Positions 18,933-28,458 are shown, counted from the stretch's first letter. The stretch: DNA of 53,937 bases from a virus (IMGVR_UViG_3300032325_000820:1-53937), one strand, 5' to 3'. The notes: generated by a model not told the origin, from the sequence alone. A program made the numbers and translations.

Positions 18933-20417
18933 TTAAATGATTTCATAAGACTCCGAGACTTCTCCACTTGGGTAGACAGAATGGGTAGTATTAATATGAT
19001 TAATATCAAAATTATTAATAACGGCTAAAGGATTTTGTATATGGTTTTCTTCGCCATGAACAACAGGACTTAAATTATTTAATAATTCTGAAATGTCCAA
19101 AGATTCGTCTTTTTCAATAGGGTTTTTCATCAACTCACTCAAGTATTTTGAAAGTTCTTTCATTTCATCTATATTACCCTTTGAAATACTTTCTTCAACT
19201 TTAAAATGGATTACACTTAATTCAAGTTGTAACGTCTCATCGTGTTTACTTAAATCTTTGAAAGCTAATAATTTTCCTTGTAACTCATTAATAACATGAG
19301 CATCGGCTAGTTCTTTTTCTTTTAACTTACTAATAATTTTATTTTGCTTTCCGATTTTTAATGCATCCTCTAAAGCTTTATCTTTAAACTCTGATTCCTT
19401 CTTGTGAAATTCTACCTGTTTCATTAAAGATTCAATTTTTAAGTTTAAAGCATCTTTCTCTTTTAAACCAATATCCTCTTGTAGTTCACCAATAACCTGA
19501 TTTTTAGCAAGACTTTTATTGTGTACTTCCTCTTCTTTCTGAATTAATAATTTTTGATTTTCCAATTCTTTAGCTAAAAGTAATTGGTCTTTCTGAACTA
19601 ATAACTGGTCTTTTTCTAGGTTCTCTTCTTTTAACTTTTTAGCTTCTTCTAGCTCTTTATTTTTATTTTTCTTTATTTCTGATTTGTAATACAGAATATT
19701 CTTTACCATTACTTGAATATTATTAGTATCATAATGAACTTTCATCGGAAGAGGACCTCTTCCGTCCTTATAAAACCATTCGTTAGGATCGGTTGAATAA
19801 CTATCAGGATATAATTCATTTAAACTTTTAACAAATTTTTTCTTTATGGTTTCTTTTTCTTTCTCCTCTATCAATGGCTTGTAAATGGCAGTATTTTTTT
19901 CCATTACGTACACATTATTATTAACGACATGCTTCTTCATTGGAAGCGTATCAGGCCATTCCTCAACTTTTGCAGAATAAGAATCAGGATATAACTTATG
20001 CAAGCTATCTGCAAAAACAGTTTTTTGTAACTCTCCTACTTTTTGCTCTTTTTGAACAAGTATTTGGTCTTTTTGGGCTAAAAGATTCTCTTTGCTTTGA
20101 AGCTCAACTGTTTTAGTTGTAATAATCTGTTGAAATTGATTTAATTGGTTATCTTTCTGACCTAATAACTGTTCCTTTTGTACTAAAAGGCTATTTTTGT
20201 TTTGTACCTCAACTGTTTTTTGGTTTATAACATTATCTTTCTGTACTATAACCTGGTCTTTTTGAGTAATAAGGTTGTCCATGACCTCTACCCCTTCAAG
20301 TACATTGGTTATTTTAGCGACCATATCTGGATGAATACGACCATCATTTGCTCGATCATGTATATAATCGCTTATATCTTTAACAGCAGGATTGTAATTT
20401 GATTCATAACGCTTCAT
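18933..20417 (-). CDS. Coiled-coil repeat protein (candidate secreted effector)
   Basis: QKD/QKE heptads; duplicated SL..LYPDSYS....EW...LPMK.H...NN..VM.KN...YK..I module. Confidence 0.7.
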   Translation of the reverse strand: MKRYESNYNPAVKDISDYIHDRANDGRIHPDMVAKITNVLEGVEVMDNLITQKDQVIVQKDNVINQKTVEVQNKNSLLVQKEQLLGQKDNQLNQFQQIITTKTVELQSKENLLAQKDQILVQKEQKVGELQKTVFADSLHKLYPDSYSAKVEEWPDTLPMKKHVVNNNVYVMEKNTAIYKPLIEEKEKETIKKKFVKSLNELYPDSYSTDPNEWFYKDGRGPLPMKVHYDTNNIQVMVKNILYYKSEIKKNKNKELEEAKKLKEENLEKDQLLVQKDQLLLAKELENQKLLIQKEEEVHNKSLAKNQVIGELQEDIGLKEKDALNLKIESLMKQVEFHKKESEFKDKALEDALKIGKQNKIISKLKEKELADAHVINELQGKLLAFKDLSKHDETLQLELSVIHFKVEESISKGNIDEMKELSKYLSELMKNPIEKDESLDISELLNNLSPVVHGEENHIQNPLAVINNFDINHINTTHSVYPSGEVSESYEII

Positions 20418-20565
20418 GATATTACCTATCTTAATTTTATTTATAAAAATATTAATACTTCAATCTCAAGTGTATATAAAACCAATGGTTATAAAAAATA
20501 GAATTATTAATAACTCTAGATGAAAAATTGGTTAACTGTTTCTAAAAAGACACATCTATAAATCA

Positions 20566-21528
20566 CTACAGTTTATACTTAAGACCAACATTAATTGAAG
20601 AAGACCTTAAGCTTAAATCAATTAATTCTTTAGTAGTAACTCCTTCACCGCCAAAGGCAAGAGAATTAAGAAACATTTTTTGTTTTCCTTTTTTCATTTT
20701 AAAGCTTTTAGTCTCTAGGTTGAGCGTAAAGTCTAAATTATTGGTATATTTATAGATAAAATCTAGGTCAAAACCTATCCCCTTTCCATTAGCAGTGTTT
20801 TTTAAACTAGGATCTTGTTTTAAATCACCTCGGTGCAACCAATAACCTTTTCCAATATGTTTAAAAGAATAGAATTTTATTGTTGGAACAACTTGAAATC
20901 TATTGGTTATAGGAGCGTTAACCGATAAACCAAGCCATGGAGATTGTGTTTTAAAATTATATTTTTGAAATAGTTCATCTATAGGAGATAAGAAGTTTGT
21001 TTTGTAAGCTAATTGTTTATCACCATAATTTTTATTTCTATAATCAGAGTAATCATAACCAATATAAAAAGTGAGCAAATTGTTATTGAAAAAATTTAGC
21101 GAATACCCAACAGCTCCTGATAAATCAAGAATATTACCGGTAGCTTGAGATTTAGTAGTTGATATTAGTTTTGATATAACACTACCTGTTATATCTCTTG
21201 TATGATCCCAATCATGATCCCAAGATTTACTTTGATTTTTTAAGATATGACCATATTTAACCTGTCCTAAAATAGTAAATTGGTTTACTTTAGGTTCTAC
21301 TTCTATTTTAATACTAGGTTGTAGGATACGATTTTTCCAAACAAGTTCTGATATTTTTTTGTCTAAAAAACGATTGGAAGATATAGAATATTTAAACACA
21401 TCATATCTGTAAGCTACAGAGGGAGTAACGATGAAATTAGTGTTTTGTTCTTTTGAATAATTATCTGCCCAAGCCGTATTAGCTAGAAGTAAAGTTGCTA
21501 AAACAAGAGCTACTTTCTTTATTATCAT
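20566..21528 (-). CDS. Omptin-like outer-membrane beta-barrel protein
   Basis: Signal peptide (...NTAWA); ISELVW and WDHDW match omptin SQLDW and DxDW; C-terminal beta-signal GLKYKL. Confidence 0.65.
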   Translation of the reverse strand: MIIKKVALVLATLLLANTAWADNYSKEQNTNFIVTPSVAYRYDVFKYSISSNRFLDKKISELVWKNRILQPSIKIEVEPKVNQFTILGQVKYGHILKNQSKSWDHDWDHTRDITGSVISKLISTTKSQATGNILDLSGAVGYSLNFFNNNLLTFYIGYDYSDYRNKNYGDKQLAYKTNFLSPIDELFQKYNFKTQSPWLGLSVNAPITNRFQVVPTIKFYSFKHIGKGYWLHRGDLKQDPSLKNTANGKGIGFDLDFIYKYTNNLDFTLNLETKSFKMKKGKQKMFLNSLAFGGEGVTTKELIDLSLRSSSINVGLKYKL

Positions 21529-21704
21529 ATTCCAAAACTATATATTAGTGCATATTTTAAAATGTTAAACTAATTGTCTAACATATAACCCTTTAAAATT
21601 GAACCTAAAAAAACACGAGAAAATCAAAATTAGAACACAGTGTGTTATAATTATTTTAAATAGAAAATATTTTAGGCCAAACTCAATGAATCAAAACCAC
21701 AAGC

Positions 21705-22049
21705 CTATTTATGCTTTTTAGTCTCCCCGTGAGTCAACCGAAGATTTTGGATACATCTATGGTAATCTTCTACGGCTTTTAACCTGTCCTTTTCTGGTAA
21801 TTCTGATAATTCAGCAAGTAAGAGTAGCTCAATCTTCTCATTAAATCCAACACCTAGTTTGGCATTAGTTGGAACAGCTACGTGAAGATTTGTTAGATGA
21901 GTATTAAGAGACTCTGAAAGACCGATACCACCCCCACAGGCTTTAACTTTATCGTTTAAATCGGTATTTTTTATTTCTAGTTGTTTTGTATTACAACCGA
22001 TTAAAGTTACAGAGAACAATAAGAGAAACATCGAACTTTTTTGCATCAT
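21705..22049 (-). CDS. Lipoprotein
   Basis: Hydrophobic N-terminus with LIGC lipobox. Confidence 0.65.
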   Translation of the reverse strand: MMQKSSMFLLLFSVTLIGCNTKQLEIKNTDLNDKVKACGGGIGLSESLNTHLTNLHVAVPTNAKLGVGFNEKIELLLLAELSELPEKDRLKAVEDYHRCIQNLRLTHGETKKHK

Positions 22050-22462
22050 TTGCTATTTTTGCTAGTTGCCTCCTGTACTTTCAAAAAAGCAACTTCTTTC
22101 TCGATAACAGTGCTTCTTAGATTACCTTCTAAGTCCACTCTTTCTGCTCCAACGACAAGTGCCTGTTTATATTGGTCTTTCCAACAATATCTTTTAAAAA
22201 ATTGCTGTAACTGTCCTCTTGTAATCTCAAGCGCTTGGCGCTCAGCTAATACGTCCTTTAAAATACCGATTGCTAAAGGTTTTGGGGGCTTACTAAAACA
22301 TTTGGGATACTTCTCTTGCAAGTGTCTTAGTACTTTAAGATAAAGCTCAAAGGATAACATCTGTTTTCTTGGTGGTTCTATCCTTTCTTTCTTAGTCTTG
22401 GTCGGATTAACTCCACTCTTATTCTGTAGCTTTTTGTCTTTATTAGGTTTTATTTCAGTCAT
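22046..22462 (-). CDS. ProQ/FinO family RNA chaperone
   Basis: YPKCF...PKPLAIGI..D, Y...L..GA.RVDLEG. Confidence 0.88.
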   Translation of the reverse strand: MTEIKPNKDKKLQNKSGVNPTKTKKERIEPPRKQMLSFELYLKVLRHLQEKYPKCFSKPPKPLAIGILKDVLAERQALEITRGQLQQFFKRYCWKDQYKQALVVGAERVDLEGNLRSTVIEKEVAFLKVQEATSKNSK

Positions 22463-22492
22463 TTGAGTTTTTTAATTTAACAAAATTTATTT

Positions 22493-23377
22493 TTAAGCAG
22501 CTTCTTCCATATCTTGCGAATAATTATATTGCTTATTAATATACTCTATACAAGCTAGTTGCCTCTCTTCCCCTAAATCGGCAATACTCTCAACACCTGC
22601 TTTGCTACACCACTTGTTTATTATCTCGCTTGATACATTATGCAATTTTATAAGTTCTAGCAACTCTAAAAGTGTTTCGCTCGGCTCTAGGTCTTTGATC
22701 TCCTCTGCCTGATGAGATAATACAGAATCAAGCTTGCTACTTATACTTTGAGATTTTGGTGTTATATTTTTCACTTCCATTTCAAACTCATTAAAATGCT
22801 TGCCTTCCATTTCTTCAGCAGTCGGATGCTGGCTGACTATTTCAGGAAAAGCTTTACGCAAGGCTTGTGCCTCAGAACATTTGGCAAGCTGTCCATATGG
22901 TCTTTTTTGCCACATAGTATTAGGTGTAGCTGTATCTTTTTTAGAAGCATAGTTTTCTAACCAATATTCTTTAGCAGTAAATTCAACAATAGTATTATTT
23001 ACCAGTTTTTTAACTGTTACCTTACACCATTTTGGATAGGTAATCTCTACCCCGCCTAAATTACATGTTACATCTTCGCCAAATTCAGGCTCGCTTACAC
23101 CCGCATATTGATTACTACGTGCCGCCTGTATTCTATATAAGCCAACACCTGCCATAACCACATCCTTGTACTCGTATTTGCCTGTAACGGCATTTCTTAC
23201 GCTCATTGGGACAATATGTACTGGTTTTTGCATAGGGTCTAATTTTGCCGCTTTACAATATTCAAGAACCATTTTTATACTTTCATCTCTTGCACCAGTA
23301 TATAAGCTGTTTTTTAGTGCTGACCATATATGCTGGTCAATTTCATTGCTGGTATTTATTGCTGTTATGTTACTCAT
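22493..23377 (-). CDS. bet: Phage single-strand annealing recombinase (Bet/RecT family)
   Basis: CKAAKLDPMQK..H.V; W.KRP.GQL.KC.EAQALRKAFP; EEMEG. Confidence 0.88.
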   Translation of the reverse strand: MSNITAINTSNEIDQHIWSALKNSLYTGARDESIKMVLEYCKAAKLDPMQKPVHIVPMSVRNAVTGKYEYKDVVMAGVGLYRIQAARSNQYAGVSEPEFGEDVTCNLGGVEITYPKWCKVTVKKLVNNTIVEFTAKEYWLENYASKKDTATPNTMWQKRPYGQLAKCSEAQALRKAFPEIVSQHPTAEEMEGKHFNEFEMEVKNITPKSQSISSKLDSVLSHQAEEIKDLEPSETLLELLELIKLHNVSSEIINKWCSKAGVESIADLGEERQLACIEYINKQYNYSQDMEEAA

Positions 23378-23462
23378 TTTTTTCTATTTCCTCCTCTTCT
23401 ATTTTCTTGTTAAAATTTCTATACAAATTCAACACTTCTTTTACGGCTTCTATTATATTCAT
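23370..23462 (-). CDS. Small ORF, 30 aa (MNIIEAVKEVLNLYRNFNKKIEEEEIEKNE)
   Basis: GAGGGG RBS; fills the gap and overlaps the bet start. Confidence 0.5.
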   Translation of the reverse strand: MNIIEAVKEVLNLYRNFNKKIEEEEIEKNE

Positions 23463-23474
23463 GTTTAATCCCCT

Positions 23475-23687
23475 CTACGCATTATATTGTATGATTAATT
23501 TGTAGCGTTTTTTTAATTTTTCTATCAAATCAGGATTAGTCCCTCTTTTGCAGTTTTCATACTCGCTAATCCTTGCTTGATTAGTATGTAAAGCTTCGGC
23601 CACTTGAGGGATGGTCATACCTGCCTCTTGCCTTAATCTTCTAAGTTCTTCTGCTTCTTCCTTAGTCGGTAGCGGATACTTTCTCAT
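23475..23687 (-). CDS. XRE-family HTH regulator
   Basis: LRRLRQEAGMT..QVAEAL......ISEYEN.KR. Confidence 0.85.
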   Translation of the reverse strand: MRKYPLPTKEEAEELRRLRQEAGMTIPQVAEALHTNQARISEYENCKRGTNPDLIEKLKKRYKLIIQYNA

Positions 23688-24613
23688 TTAATTAAAAACA
23701 TTCTTGATTGCTTACCAGTGTTTAGACATTGTTCGTATGCGTCCTTAAACATTTCCTTTAATTTATTAACGTTAACAAGAGACTTCGGAGCTGTATTCTT
23801 CCATGTAGCTATCACATTGCCATTAACATCCATTAGTACATCATAATCCCGCATAAACTCTTGAATTTCAACTTTTAACTTTTCAATAGTAGTCTGTATC
23901 CTACTTTCCTCTTCTCTAGCTGCCTTAAGCTCTTCCCACTTTTCTAAAATATTATCTTCCGCTACTATTTCGTGATGATGCGACTCGGGAAACAAATTAA
24001 ACGTATCCCTAGTATTTACACATTTAGGCGGTATCCTTTTTTCTATATGGTTATGCCAAAAATTAACGCCAATTTTAATAATTTTATCCTCTAAATCCTT
24101 ATTTCTGTTATAAGTATAAATTCTAAAATCCTGTCCTGCAATTAGCACTGCTATATCAACCTTTGGTACATCGCATATACTTGCATAATATGCACACTGG
24201 ATAAGATAGGACTCGGGGATCTGGTCAGTCCCAACCTCTCCCCATTCTTTGCCCTTATTAAAGCCAGCTGTTTTGCACTCTAGAATATGTTTTGTTTTTT
24301 CTCTACCTTCTCTGAGTTCAGACACCCACCCATCAATATTAGCTCCTAAAAACTTATACTCATGGTGATATATGGTAGGTGGCGACATAGTTATAGCGTA
24401 GCCAGTATCTTCTGCATAAGCCTTTGCAACAACATCCTCTAAAAGATTACCCCACCTCATTGCAGGGCTAGTCTCGCACCTAATGTCATCGCTGGTTTTG
24501 TCCAAATATACGTCAAGAGCCGTGCGGTATGGATTAAGTCCTGCTATAGCACCCAGATCACTTCCTCCCAGATAATTCTTGCGTTCCCTTAACCATTTTT
24601 GCTTATTTTCCAT
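23684..24613 (-). CDS. YqaJ/lambda-exonuclease family
   Basis: W...RK..LGGSD; G..LE; ANIDG; LECKT; Y..Q. Confidence 0.9.
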   Translation of the reverse strand: MENKQKWLRERKNYLGGSDLGAIAGLNPYRTALDVYLDKTSDDIRCETSPAMRWGNLLEDVVAKAYAEDTGYAITMSPPTIYHHEYKFLGANIDGWVSELREGREKTKHILECKTAGFNKGKEWGEVGTDQIPESYLIQCAYYASICDVPKVDIAVLIAGQDFRIYTYNRNKDLEDKIIKIGVNFWHNHIEKRIPPKCVNTRDTFNLFPESHHHEIVAEDNILEKWEELKAAREEESRIQTTIEKLKVEIQEFMRDYDVLMDVNGNVIATWKNTAPKSLVNVNKLKEMFKDAYEQCLNTGKQSRMFLIK

Positions 24614-24670
24614 ACTAATAACTTTATTTCTTTATACCTTTATTTTATAGCTTTATAACTTTGTATGTTT

Positions 24671-24928
24671 TTATAAATAATTCCTTATAGTTGCTAAGTC
24701 CTTCAACATTTCCTCTGAATGAGGTAACCTGTTTTTATACTTTTCTGCATTTACTTCAAAAAATAACACCGTCATATAAACAAACTCTCTTGGTACAACT
24801 ACAAATTCATTGTCAGTTTTCGATTTTAACCACATTGACAAGCTGTGCGTGGAAATATCACCAACCATACCCCAGAGTAAATTTGATATTTCTTCACGTG
24901 AGATAAAACGATCTTTAATTAATGTCAT
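24671..24928 (-). CDS. Hypothetical protein
   Basis: 85 aa in the early operon; GGAGG RBS. Confidence 0.55.
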   Translation of the reverse strand: MTLIKDRFISREEISNLLWGMVGDISTHSLSMWLKSKTDNEFVVVPREFVYMTVLFFEVNAEKYKNRLPHSEEMLKDLATIRNYL

Positions 24929-24929
24929 T

Positions 24930-25589
24930 TTATACCTCCACTCCTCTAGTTAGCGAAAAGTAAGAGCGTAATTCCTGATCGGCCGTGTAAGCATTATGTT
25001 CTGCTTCTTCTATTGCCTGCTCTAATGCTAGCAGGTCATATTCGTTAGTATCCCAGTCAACGCAGTAATCCTTTGCCTGCCCGAGTAAATACTCATATTT
25101 ATCAATATCAATCATTAATTGGTAATAATTATCACCGTAGGTTTCATAAGGGATATTATAAAGGGTAGCCCTCTCTATCTGCTCCTCTATAAATGCTTCT
25201 CTTGCTCTTTCGCCGATTCTAGCAAATGTTTCTTTAGCAGAAGCAGATAATTCTACAGGTTCACTTTTTGCCTCATGAAACTTAGGAGTTTCAGTTATGT
25301 TAGCTGGCAATTGCTCTTTAGGTTTACGCTCATTAAAGATTTTTACTGCTGCTCTTGCTTGCTCAAGATTGGAAAATACCTGCACGGCTTCTTTTGAAGG
25401 CAGTAGCATTTTTCTTAACGCTTCCTTAGCCTTTGTAACGCTGATTTCTTCTAAGCTTGGCATGGTAGATTCCGATAACTGATAGCTTCTATCAATTATA
25501 CCATAACTGATTCGATTATTGATATTTTCGTGATTTTTTTTGTAAGAATTTCTATCTTGACATAATGGTAGCGTTAAGATATTTTTCAT
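24930..25589 (-). CDS. Hypothetical early protein
   Basis: ATG 25589 preceded by GGAGG; 219 aa; acidic C-terminal half. Confidence 0.6.
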   Translation of the reverse strand: MKNILTLPLCQDRNSYKKNHENINNRISYGIIDRSYQLSESTMPSLEEISVTKAKEALRKMLLPSKEAVQVFSNLEQARAAVKIFNERKPKEQLPANITETPKFHEAKSEPVELSASAKETFARIGERAREAFIEEQIERATLYNIPYETYGDNYYQLMIDIDKYEYLLGQAKDYCVDWDTNEYDLLALEQAIEEAEHNAYTADQELRSYFSLTRGVEV

Positions 25590-25674
25590 ATATCCTCCAT
25601 TGATGGATAAAGTGATTAAAAGTAAGAATTGCTGGTTTCTCAAACAAAAAATTCTTACGACATATAAGGTTCTT

Positions 25675-25710
25675 AAAACGTCTTAAGCTAGTAACTTAAG
25701 GCGTTTTTTT
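25675..25710. terminator. Terminator-like hairpin in the early-operon leader
   Basis: aaaacgtcttaag-ctagtaa-cttaaggcgtttt with T-runs on both strands. Confidence 0.6.
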
Positions 25711-25725
25711 ATGCCTTATGAGATG

Positions 25726-25754
25726 AGTATAGAGGGATAAAATAATAAAGTCAA
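25726..25754 (-). promoter_or_regulatory. Sigma70 promoter of the leftward early operon
   Basis: TTGACT-17 bp-TATACT on the minus strand. Confidence 0.65.
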
Positions 25755-25776
25755 TTATTTTTTATTTATTTTAAAA

Positions 25777-26085
25777 TTATTTTTTAATATGATAATGCAT
25801 TAGTATTTCATGCAGCTTACTTGAAACTATTTCACAACCAGTGAATCTGTTTCCTTTTTGTTCTTTTACAACAATGAAGCCTTTCTTGCTTAAAAATGAT
25901 AAAGTACTCGAAATAGTAGCTTTGGTAATTTTGGTTTCCTGATGGATATAATTAATAGTTACTTTAGCAGCATTATTAATAGCCACTTTTAACAAAAGTA
26001 TTAATATTACTTTTTGTTTAGGAGAAAATTCACTGTAATCATTGATAGCCTCAATAAATTCCTCTTGTGTATACATTCTATTCAT
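25777..26085 (-). CDS. Winged-helix (MarR-like) transcriptional regulator
   Basis: FSPKQK.IL..L; I...T.I.KATISSTL..L.KKGFI; divergent from rep. Confidence 0.65.
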   Translation of the reverse strand: MNRMYTQEEFIEAINDYSEFSPKQKVILILLLKVAINNAAKVTINYIHQETKITKATISSTLSFLSKKGFIVVKEQKGNRFTGCEIVSSKLHEILMHYHIKK

Positions 26086-26293
26086 TACTTTTATTCATTA
26101 ATCTTAGGTAGTAAAAAATTTATATAATTATTTTTAAATTATTTTATTCCAAAATATCACTTTCTTTTTTAATTTCAATAAAAATCTTGATTTTAATAAA
26201 ATAGTTAATATCCTTGTTTGTTATGTAAGTAAAAATTAGGAGGTTAGGAAGAGAATTTGTAGGAAATAAGAATTAAACATCAGAAACAATAAC

Positions 26294-26351
26294 GAAAAAA
26301 AGAAAGAGTGCCAACCCACAAGAGAAAGCACCCTAAACTCCACATATAACA
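26294..26351 (-). ncRNA. Candidate counter-transcribed antisense RNA (about 60 nt) in the rep leader
   Basis: Own promoter (26358-26386) and terminator agggtgc...gcactct-ttcttttttt; ends are inferred. Confidence 0.55.
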
Positions 26352-26357
26352 ATTTGG

Positions 26358-26386
26358 AGTATAAGGGTATATTGTCTCTTCGTCAA
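26358..26386 (-). promoter_or_regulatory. Antisense sigma70 promoter
   Basis: TTGACG-17 bp-TATACT on the minus strand. Confidence 0.6.
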
Positions 26387-26432
26387 GGCACTTTTTCTAA
26401 AAAATTAGAAATTATTAAAATTTTTAGAGAAT

Positions 26433-27512
26433 ATGGCAAAACAACAAGAGCAAAAATTAACCTTTACGGAATCATACCCAGACCAGCTGTGTAAACTCTA
26501 TTCTTTTGAGAAAGAAAAAGCCCACTATCGTAAAACGTATATTGATTGGGATAAAATCAAAAGAGCTAACAACAAAGCTATTCGCCAAAAAGCAAAATAT
26601 TTAAGCAAAGATGCACAAGCTATTCTTGCCCCAGTTATACAGAGCTTAAAAAAAGGCAAGCGTGTATTCTTTAATCATAAGTATATATCCTCAATTACCT
26701 TATGCAAAAGAAGGCAAAATCAGAATATCATAAAACAGTTAGAATCTGTCCTAGATATTACCTACCATAATTCTATTACTTATAATGGTAAAAAATATCG
26801 GTTTAGTTATGAGTTTTCTTATAAACTTACAAAGCTAGAAAATATAGGTTACTTGGAGCATTCTATCGAGCAATTTTCTGCTCAACAAAACGACCATCTC
26901 TATATATATAAAGAAAATAATAATATTGAAGATATAGATCTAGAATCTAATTTTTTACAAAATTCTGAAAGTAGTAAACTAGAGGAAAATACAGAGCCTA
27001 AAATTAGAGAATTTTCACCTACCCCCCCCCATAAACTCAAAAAAAAACCCTCTAATAAGCGGAAAAAGCCTACTATGGCACAGGCAAAGGCAAGAATTTA
27101 TCGTTTTAACCAATACAAAGAGCCGCAAGACCTAAAGCACCATTACCCATTAAACAAGGAGGATGGAAGCAAATTACAAAGCCTTTCAGGGCGTGGTTTT
27201 ACCTTAAATACGATGAACGAAATACTCCTTGATATGTCAAAAAGGCTAGATAACAGGTTTTGCTCAAAGGCTCAATTTATGGCGTATTTCGGTAAATGCC
27301 TGCGTTTTGAGATGCGCGATAGCGTAAAAACTGGCAATGATAATTTCCGCATAAAAGCTAATATTCCCAAAGAAAACACAATAAAATCTAAGATAATAGG
27401 TGGAATAGAGGAGGTAGCATATGATTTAAAAAACAGAACTACCGACGGTTTTCAGATGTTATCAATTGCTGTTGAAAATTTGTTAGCAAAAGGTAAGGCA
27501 AATATGGAATAA
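26433..27512 (+). CDS. Rickettsial plasmid-type replication initiator (DnaA-N-like family, HTH part)
   Basis: YPL..ED..KLQSLSGR.F.LN.MNEILLDMSKR...F.SKAQFMAYFGKCLR.EMRD.VKT.N.NF.IKAN recalled from Rickettsia plasmid Rep proteins. Confidence 0.65.
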   Translation: MAKQQEQKLTFTESYPDQLCKLYSFEKEKAHYRKTYIDWDKIKRANNKAIRQKAKYLSKDAQAILAPVIQSLKKGKRVFFNHKYISSITLCKRRQNQNIIKQLESVLDITYHNSITYNGKKYRFSYEFSYKLTKLENIGYLEHSIEQFSAQQNDHLYIYKENNNIEDIDLESNFLQNSESSKLEENTEPKIREFSPTPPHKLKKKPSNKRKKPTMAQAKARIYRFNQYKEPQDLKHHYPLNKEDGSKLQSLSGRGFTLNTMNEILLDMSKRLDNRFCSKAQFMAYFGKCLRFEMRDSVKTGNDNFRIKANIPKENTIKSKIIGGIEEVAYDLKNRTTDGFQMLSIAVENLLAKGKANME

Positions 27513-27523
27513 TTGCCTTACCT
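27491..27523. terminator. Hairpin between convergent genes
   Basis: aggtaaggcaa/ttgccttacct perfect 11-bp stem spanning the rep stop codon. Confidence 0.55.
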
Positions 27524-27625
27524 AAAAAGTCATCTAACCAAATCATGGGATTTTTAATGTAACATGATTTTTAAATTTCACAAACAAAAAAGTGATCGTT
27601 ACAGAGATATTTAATAAACTACAAA

Positions 27626-27970
27626 TTATTTAAAGAGTGCAATTAAAATAGCGATGTTGCTTATTAAAACAGTTAAAATAAGGGGTATAAACCATTTCAA
27701 CAAGTCAATCTTAACTTCTTTCATTTCTTCTTTGAGCAAAGATATATCAGCTTTTAACTCGACCTTTACCTCAGTTATATCGGCTTTTAGTTCAGCTTTT
27801 AACTCGTTTAGGTCGCCTTTTATCTCAGTTTTAAGCATAGCTAGATCGTTTTTAGTAGCTAATTGATCGCTTTGATTATTGATAGCATCTACAATTAGCT
27901 CGGCATGCTCTTCTGTAAAGCCGTGTTGCGTGAACTTTTTTACTACTGCATGTGTATTCAATATAGCCAT
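27626..27970 (-). CDS. DUF1640/CCDC90-like coiled-coil membrane-anchored protein
   Basis: NTHA.VK.....GFTEE.AE, LATK.DL, 11-residue K.E.K.DI repeats, C-terminal TM helix. Confidence 0.8.
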   Translation of the reverse strand: MAILNTHAVVKKFTQHGFTEEHAELIVDAINNQSDQLATKNDLAMLKTEIKGDLNELKAELKADITEVKVELKADISLLKEEMKEVKIDLLKWFIPLILTVLISNIAILIALFK

Positions 27971-28060
27971 ATATCACTAACTTAAAAGATTGTTCCCACT
28001 CACCATAACACCAAACAAAGCTTAATTCTACTAGGTTTTTTAGATTAAAGTTAAAACCAA

Positions 28061-28306
28061 TTATGTCACTATTAAAGCGATGTTATAAGCATTTTTCAAT
28101 TTATCCTGAATATCATGTTCCTTATTATCAACTTTAACAAACGTACCTTGATCATTTAAGAGATAGAGTTCTTCTTCTTGTACTTTGACAAATAATATTC
28201 CATCTCTATAAATACCTACAAAATTGTCATGCATGCGATATTCTACTTGGCCTAGAGATACCATTACCGCAAGTACTGTTCTGACTAAATGTAAATACAA
28301 TTCCAT
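28061..28306 (-). CDS. TfoX N-terminal-like small protein
   Basis: LG.V.YRM.....GIYRDGILF..V....LYL resembles TfoX_N. Confidence 0.45.
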   Translation of the reverse strand: MELYLHLVRTVLAVMVSLGQVEYRMHDNFVGIYRDGILFVKVQEEELYLLNDQGTFVKVDNKEHDIQDKLKNAYNIALIVT

Positions 28307-28458
28307 TTATTGCCTTACTTTCAAAAATCAAATTTTGCATTATAGATAGAAAACCCATAATGTATATAAAAAAACCTTTTGGTAAATCCAAAAAAATAAT
28401 TTAAACTAGAATTAGTTAGAAGTTATTGTAAAACAATATTATTAATTAAATCTTAATT

